A stretch of DNA of 64,000 bases from Candidatus Obscuribacterales bacterium. Its GTDB lineage: Bacteria > Cyanobacteriota > Vampirovibrionia > Obscuribacterales > Obscuribacteraceae. Below are positions 58,859-64,000 of this stretch, one piece after another; position 1 is the first letter of the stretch; each line of letters begins with the position of its first letter. A model generated the notes under the pieces. That model saw only the letters and a list, made by a program, of their open reading frames with translations. It had not been told where the DNA came from and made no database searches. The position numbers and the translations under genes were made by a program. The DNA lies in NCBI GenBank assembly GCA_965228855.1, contig CBDDIJ010000003.1, positions 3,694,354 to 3,758,353 on the forward strand, given 5' to 3'.

Positions 58859-58903
58859 AACAGCAAAGTTCTCACCGGCTCTAAAACTCTTTGATAATAA
58901 CAA

Positions 58904-58931
58904 TTAGCGGTGACCCTGGGGCCACCGCTAA
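58904..58931 (-). terminator. Probable terminator after 58971-59390
   Basis: ttagcggtg/caccgctaa stem with a T-rich minus-strand tail. Confidence 0.55.
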
Positions 58932-58970
58932 AAAGTTTTGAACTCTTAAATGCAATTACTCTTCGAGCAA

Positions 58971-59390
58971 TTACTCTTCGAGATTGCCGAGGCTGTAGCT
59001 GTCTGGAGCGAACGGAGCGTCGAAACCTTTGGTTACGCCGTTCTTGGTTCCGTAATAGACGCCTTTGAGACCGCCTACAACAAGGCTGGCCGGCAGGGTA
59101 GCGATGGAAACTACTGCGCAGACAGGACCGTTGTCCTTGCCGCCGAGTTTGCCGCCGACTTTGTCAGCTGCATCTTGGGTGAGCGCTTTGTAGCTGTGAA
59201 GTACGCGCTTGGTTACAGCAATCGGGGTGCCTACTACGACGCCGGCGCCCATGCCGCCAACGCGTGTAACCATCAACGAACCTTGTGTAACTTTATCGAG
59301 CGGCTCGTCATCTGCCATTGCTGGCATTGCGAATGCGCCGACAGTTGCGACTACAGCAAGAGCAGTTGCTCCTAAACTAAACTTTTTCAC
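58971..59390 (-). CDS. Small exported Gly-rich protein (paralog of 52454-52831)
   Basis: GTG start after GGAGG; signal peptide (AMA); motifs shared with the paralog. Confidence 0.8.
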   Translation of the reverse strand: MKKFSLGATALAVVATVGAFAMPAMADDEPLDKVTQGSLMVTRVGGMGAGVVVGTPIAVTKRVLHSYKALTQDAADKVGGKLGGKDNGPVCAVVSIATLPASLVVGGLKGVYYGTKNGVTKGFDAPFAPDSYSLGNLEE

Positions 59391-59681
59391 TACCCTTCCT
59401 CCCTGGAAAACGGATTGAAATAAACTTGCCACGGATTTGCCTGAATCTACTAAGTACACGTGACCTGCCGATAGGACATTTAACAACGTCCTCTCATCAG
59501 AACAAATAGTACAGTAAATTTTTCCGGACGCCCACTTTCTTCTTAACCAAGCACCGAAATTGACCACTAAGATGTCAAAAGGTTAGCAATCTTTCGCTAG
59601 CCCTGCGCGAACCTTGCAGCAAGAAACAGGCAAGACCGTCGATCCTCATCCGGCCGGAATCGTTTAAGAAACGGAATTTAG

Positions 59682-60851
59682 TTACATCAATTTTTGAAAG
59701 AAATCGGTGCAAGCGGTTTCCGCCCAAAAGCGGTCGGTCTGCGATACCACATTCGGTATCGCTATCACATTATCCCTCGCCTCGGATTTGAGGTTTTCAT
59801 CACCGTCTATATTTAAACAGCGATTTCGCTCTTTCGCCTTTGCAGCTCTACGCGAACCAACAAAACCAGCATGTCCACCATATTTTGGTGCCAGGAGCGT
59901 GATGTTGTTGCCGGACAAATCTTTGGAAAGAAACGACTTGAATGGAACGAACGGGTCGTCTTGTGCGGTTATTATCAAAACCGGTTGCTCGATGGATGGC
60001 ACCAACTGCAGTGCGCTGGCACGACTGTAATAATCGCCTGCCGTCAGGTAACCGCCATCCGGCGCGGTATAGATGTCATCGAAATTCCTGACCGTTTTTA
60101 TTCTGGGAAGAAATGACAGGTCGTACTTACCGGGTTGGAGCTTGTTTTTCTCTACGATTTTAGACTTGAGTGAGATGAGGAAGTTCAGCTCATAGATGCG
60201 GTTGTACCACTGCTCAAGGGCCGTAACGCATGAGTGCAGGTCAATCGATGGAGAGATCGCACATACACCTTTGAGCCATCTTTTACCGCGAAGACTTAGC
60301 TCTGAAGCCGCTTTCAAAACAACATTACCGCCGAGAGAAAAACCGACGAAGAAAACGTTATCGAAACCCTCATTGAGGAAGTATTCGGAGACCGGAGTGA
60401 GATCCGCACTGAGACCGGCATTGTAGAGCGTTCGTGAGAGATGCATTGTGCCGCCGCAGTTTCGCATGTTCATTCTAGCGGCGCTGATACCGCTGGCGAT
60501 GAGCTTATCTGCGAGCCCCATGACATAATGCGAGCGACTCGAACCCTCGAGTCCATGCAGAATTACGACGATCGAGCGCTCTCTGCTTTCCGTAGATTTA
60601 GGAACGTAGTTGGTCTCTACGAGCACGCTGGCTTTTTGATCGACTTCGATGATGTGCTGTTTCTGATTTTCGAGAAGCGAGGGAAAGCTGCGCAGCCAGC
60701 GGCTTGCAAGAATCGTCATCAGGTGACGATTCTGCATTCCCGTCATCGGGACAAAATCAGAAAAATCAAATTTTTCCTGCACGCTCTGCATCAGAATTTT
60801 CCGAAGGATTGAGAGATTGACGCATGGTTTGCATCTTGGAGCATCGAACAT
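59682..60851 (-). CDS. YheT-family alpha/beta hydrolase
   Basis: HGLEGSS, RNCGG, GFSLGGN, AQDDPF and GGHAGF. Confidence 0.92.
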   Translation of the reverse strand: MFDAPRCKPCVNLSILRKILMQSVQEKFDFSDFVPMTGMQNRHLMTILASRWLRSFPSLLENQKQHIIEVDQKASVLVETNYVPKSTESRERSIVVILHGLEGSSRSHYVMGLADKLIASGISAARMNMRNCGGTMHLSRTLYNAGLSADLTPVSEYFLNEGFDNVFFVGFSLGGNVVLKAASELSLRGKRWLKGVCAISPSIDLHSCVTALEQWYNRIYELNFLISLKSKIVEKNKLQPGKYDLSFLPRIKTVRNFDDIYTAPDGGYLTAGDYYSRASALQLVPSIEQPVLIITAQDDPFVPFKSFLSKDLSGNNITLLAPKYGGHAGFVGSRRAAKAKERNRCLNIDGDENLKSEARDNVIAIPNVVSQTDRFWAETACTDFFQKLM

Positions 60852-60958
60852 GAGTATAACGGTTATAGCTCACCTTTCGATGCTCATTACTTTTCGCAAG
60901 ATTCAGACCGATGCGCTCAGGCACAGGAACCAAGATTCCAAGCCTTTAACTCACTTAT

Positions 60959-62197
60959 TCAAAGCACATAATTCCCCAGCGCGGCGACAAGCTTGTCGAT
61001 TTGCTCAACTGTAACGGTATAGTGGCACGAAATGCGCATGCCAAGCCCAGGTTGCGAACCGATGTTATCCGGCTGAATCCAGATTTTATGGTCCTCCCAA
61101 AGGGCGGTACGCAAGTCTCTTACCTTCAAGTGTTCTTCGGCAAAGTGAAAAGTCAGAATTGCAGTCAATTCTTCGGACGGAACATCCTCCGGAGATGGCG
61201 TGCGAAATTGCACGGGGAAGCGCTCGGAGAGCTTATCGCGAAGAAGCAATGCAAGCGATGCCTGATAGCGCTGAACGTGATTTGCATTTAACGTTTGCTG
61301 CAAATCAATTGCGGCGGATAGACCAAACCACTGGCAAACATCGCCAGTGCCGCGGCATTCGAATCGCGAGATGTCGTAAATATCCTCATCGCGTTTTTCA
61401 TAAAACTGATCGCCGAGCCAAACCGGCTCCAGTCGAGGAACTAGCTCTTTAGACACATAGGTGAAACCGGTTCCATTCGGTCCCCCAAGCCACTTATGCC
61501 CGGAGCCCACCCACATGGGAAACCGAGATGGTCTGACGTTCACATGACCCGGAGCATGGGCGCCATCGACGAGAAGCGGCAAGCCAAGCAGCTCCAAGCT
61601 ATCGACCAGTGTCGTCAAATCAGGGCGCCATCCGGTATAGCAATCGATTTCGCTTACCAAAACCAGCTTGGTGCGCTCGCTGACGAAACTCAAGAGACCA
61701 AAGCAAAATTGCTCGGACGAACACGTTTTTGGAATCTCGTACTTGCGAACGACCACACCACGTGTTTCCTCAAGGTATCGCATGATCGTGCGAGCGCTGC
61801 CATGCTCGTGATTCGTGGTTACGATTTCATCGCCGGGTTTTGTAAGAAAACTCTCAAGAATCAACTGCAATCCCTGGGTGGAGTTTCCAGTCAACAAGAT
61901 CGAGGAAGATTGACAGTTGAAGAGACTTCCCGCCGCTTTGCGCGCAGTCGAAATCGGTTCAGGATCCAGAAAGGTTGTGATCGTAGGATTGGAGTTGAGC
62001 TGCTTCACGCCCTGATGTAGAGCGTTTAATACGCAAGTCGGTTTGCGCCCGACCGAACCAGTGTTGAGGTACGTAACGCCGTCTTTATCAGCAGGGAATT
62101 GAGCATCGATAATCGCGCGAAGAGCCGCATCAGGAGCGCGAACGGCTTCTACTGGCGCATGTGATTCCATTAATGAAAGCTCCCCCCGGTTATTCAC
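60959..62197 (-). CDS. Class V PLP aminotransferase (cysteine desulfurase/isopenicillin N epimerase-like)
   Basis: YLNTGSVG, VDGAHAPG, SGHKWLGGP and RISCH. Confidence 0.9.
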   Translation of the reverse strand: MNNRGELSLMESHAPVEAVRAPDAALRAIIDAQFPADKDGVTYLNTGSVGRKPTCVLNALHQGVKQLNSNPTITTFLDPEPISTARKAAGSLFNCQSSSILLTGNSTQGLQLILESFLTKPGDEIVTTNHEHGSARTIMRYLEETRGVVVRKYEIPKTCSSEQFCFGLLSFVSERTKLVLVSEIDCYTGWRPDLTTLVDSLELLGLPLLVDGAHAPGHVNVRPSRFPMWVGSGHKWLGGPNGTGFTYVSKELVPRLEPVWLGDQFYEKRDEDIYDISRFECRGTGDVCQWFGLSAAIDLQQTLNANHVQRYQASLALLLRDKLSERFPVQFRTPSPEDVPSEELTAILTFHFAEEHLKVRDLRTALWEDHKIWIQPDNIGSQPGLGMRISCHYTVTVEQIDKLVAALGNYVL

Positions 62198-62272
62198 ATA
62201 CTCAACGGCGAAATTCTTCTATATAATCACAGTAGCGACGAATGCAACACCAGACAACGGCGGTATAAAGCC

Positions 62273-62377
62273 ATGCTTGCAGAAGGCGAACCAGTATTTT
62301 TCGGATTATTCATTTTGTTTGCAGCCCTTGTACTGCTGGGAATTGCCCAGAATCAAGGGCTGATCTCGGTGCTTTAA
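62273..62377 (+). CDS. Small single-TM peptide (34 aa)
   Basis: MLAEGEPVFFGLFILFAALVLLGIAQNQGLISVL; shorter than any ORF in the supplied track. Confidence 0.45.
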   Translation: MLAEGEPVFFGLFILFAALVLLGIAQNQGLISVL

Positions 62378-62420
62378 ACAAGCACAAGCGCCCTCGGTCA
62401 CCTTACGTCTAGATACCCAG

Positions 62421-62897
62421 ATGCAAACCAGACTACCCGGCGAAAGGAAAATCGGCTGGCCTGGCGGAAGCCGGAAACGATTTCTCGTCTATTCGATGCT
62501 GTTGCTGTTTGCCTTCTTTGGTATCAAACATTTTGTAGGCACAATTCACGGTCCGCCCGATGAAGAACTGAAACGAAACGTCCATTTGGAGCTCGTAGAC
62601 TGGCACATCGTCGGTTTGTGGGTAATAAACAGCCCTTGCTGTTGGGTCCGAGTCGCCAACTATAACGACGTTCCAATCAAAAATATCACCATCAGATACA
62701 AAACATTCGGGTACCGCGGCGAGCCGCTTGATGTCGGCACCTATACGTTGTCCGGCGCGCAGGCATCAGATTACGTAGTGAAGCCTCGAAGCGTGAAAAA
62801 TTTCATCGAGCAATACATCGGTCTTGTCGCACTCGAAAGCGACATGCTGAGTGTCGAGCTACTCTCAGTCGAGCGCGCTCCCAGCGGCGGTCATTAG
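62421..62897 (+). CDS. Membrane-anchored hypothetical protein
   Basis: N-terminal TM helix and beta-rich body (VANYNDVPIKNITI). Confidence 0.72.
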   Translation: MQTRLPGERKIGWPGGSRKRFLVYSMLLLFAFFGIKHFVGTIHGPPDEELKRNVHLELVDWHIVGLWVINSPCCWVRVANYNDVPIKNITIRYKTFGYRGEPLDVGTYTLSGAQASDYVVKPRSVKNFIEQYIGLVALESDMLSVELLSVERAPSGGH

Positions 62898-62945
62898 CTA
62901 CCGTAGCCGGCAGACGTGAACCTACCTGTCCAGCCAACCTGGCGC

Positions 62946-63128
62946 CTAATACGAGGTGCGACGGGGTTCGGAATCGCCTTTGAATGCCGATTTCCAAACT
63001 ATGTAGCCGATGATTGCATAGACAAAGAGCAAGATCAGCATCATCACATCCGGCCACTTCTCGAAGATACGCGCGAAGGGGCGAGCGATGAAATCAATTA
63101 TGAATATGCCAATTGCTGTACCGGGCAT
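62946..63128 (-). CDS. Small membrane protein
   Basis: AAGGAG SD upstream; one strong TM helix. Confidence 0.6.
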   Translation of the reverse strand: MPGTAIGIFIIDFIARPFARIFEKWPDVMMLILLFVYAIIGYIVWKSAFKGDSEPRRTSY

Positions 63129-63341
63129 CGCAACTACTCCTTACAACTAAGAGCATTGTAAGGGGCTTTTTGACGATTCGCGTACATCTAAAGCATTCGT
63201 TAAGTTAATGCTTGATAACCACCCGATCCTGAAAACCCTCTCACCAAGCCAGGTTAAGAGGCCTTAACCTTAGCGTCACCGAAAATCCATCCGGCATTAT
63301 GGCGATTCTGGCACCATATATGGTGACAACCAGGATAATCT

Positions 63342-63419
63342 GTTCGACTCAAAATGAATCAACAGTTCGACTTAAAAGGAACTGTCCGCCGAGACAGATT
63401 CAACCTGTTTGACTCAAAA
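63342..63419. repeat. Three imperfect 13-bp direct repeats GTTYGACTYAAAA
   Basis: Copies at 63342-54, 63365-77 and 63407-19. Confidence 0.75.
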
Positions 63420-63494
63420 CCGACTCGTTCTGTTGGCTAAACAGATACAGAATTGGTTTGGAAGTGACGTGGAACAGTATATGGAACCGCTTAA

Positions 63495-64000
63495 GTGCGG
63501 AAGTGAAGCACGTTCTAGTAGTGCTTGAAGTGGTTGTACGGATTTTCCCAGCGGCGGGCAAATTGGTCGGTAATCCAGTGAGGATTCAATACGATCAAAA
63601 GACCGATTGCGAGAACCATACAAAGTCCGAGCGAAAAAATAAACACCATACGAAACGATCCTACCTGTGAATCGAATGAGTGACTTGCAACTATGATTTT
63701 CTGAGCGATCTGTTTAAGGCGGGGTTAACGAAACCCCCCAGCAAGCATTGATTATATCTAAGGCTGAACGTCCCGTAAATATTATTTCGAATTATTACAA
63801 CCGCTGTATCCCTGGCATACTGGGAGTCTCGAAGGCTCATCCGATGGGCTTGTAACAGCGATGTCAGGAGCCGAGCGGCATGACAAGCCGGTTTTCAAGC
63901 GACAGATTTAACCTTCCTTCACTGTTCCTATTGACTTTTGGGCGCTTAAATCAGCACCATAGGCAGTATCACAATATCGGCGAAACCGAGTGCCCTATCG
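63495..64000 (+). mobile_element. Group II intron-like RNA (IIB-type domain I and putative domains II-III), truncated by the window end
   Basis: GTGCG 5' motif followed by nested long-range stems closing a ~420-nt domain; GAGC loop able to pair with the 5' end; no domain V or reverse transcriptase visible. Confidence 0.5.

Noticed and set aside
58952..58981. 15-bp tandem duplication gcaattactcttcga spanning a stop codon
   Set aside because: Real, but most simply a slippage duplication with no coding consequence
63621..63632. AAAGTCCG resembling the RNase P RNA P4 motif
   Set aside because: Lacks the preceding GAGG and the complementary 3' conserved region
63458..63670. 70-aa ORF inside the terminal non-coding region
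   Set aside because: No good start context, and it lies within the extensively paired RNA-like region
63868..63894. GAGCCG...CGGTTT resembling group II intron domain V
   Set aside because: Only 27 nt with no proper upper stem or GNRA loop, and these bases pair better within the domain I-like fold

Overview
Gene-dense bacterial chromosomal segment (roughly 50% GC by eye) with about 65 supportable CDSs. I found no rRNA, tRNA, CRISPR array, transposase or integrase. The content includes many TPR proteins, a Hanks kinase-TM-LRR protein, orphan Tad-like minor pilins, PAS sensor kinases and DUF1800/DUF1501 pairs. This suggests a non-photosynthetic cyanobacterial relative such as Obscuribacterales (inference only). 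Recognisable enzymes are threonine aldolase, glycerol dehydrogenase, D-amino acid aminotransferase, a TrmH methyltransferase, SixA, uracil-DNA glycosylase, a rhodanese, a YheT hydrolase, a class V aminotransferase and a lipase maturation factor. The most unusual signals are non-coding. (i) A ~440-nt rod-like fold-back at 49081-49523 with mostly G-U wobbles on the + strand, flanked by a hidden 23-aa hydrophobic ORF and a tandem repeat. (ii) A group IIB intron-like RNA starting near 63495 and running off the window, preceded by three GTTCGACTCAAAA-like repeats. (iii) Further multi-stem elements at 43779-44055, 52228-52400 and 36406-36528. Protein-level highlights are a cryptic papain-like protease in a 783-aa hypothetical protein, a Zn-ribbon pseudokinase, and an HMA plus DUF1573-cytochrome c cluster. 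All family calls come from recognising motifs by eye. No database searches or folding programs were run.
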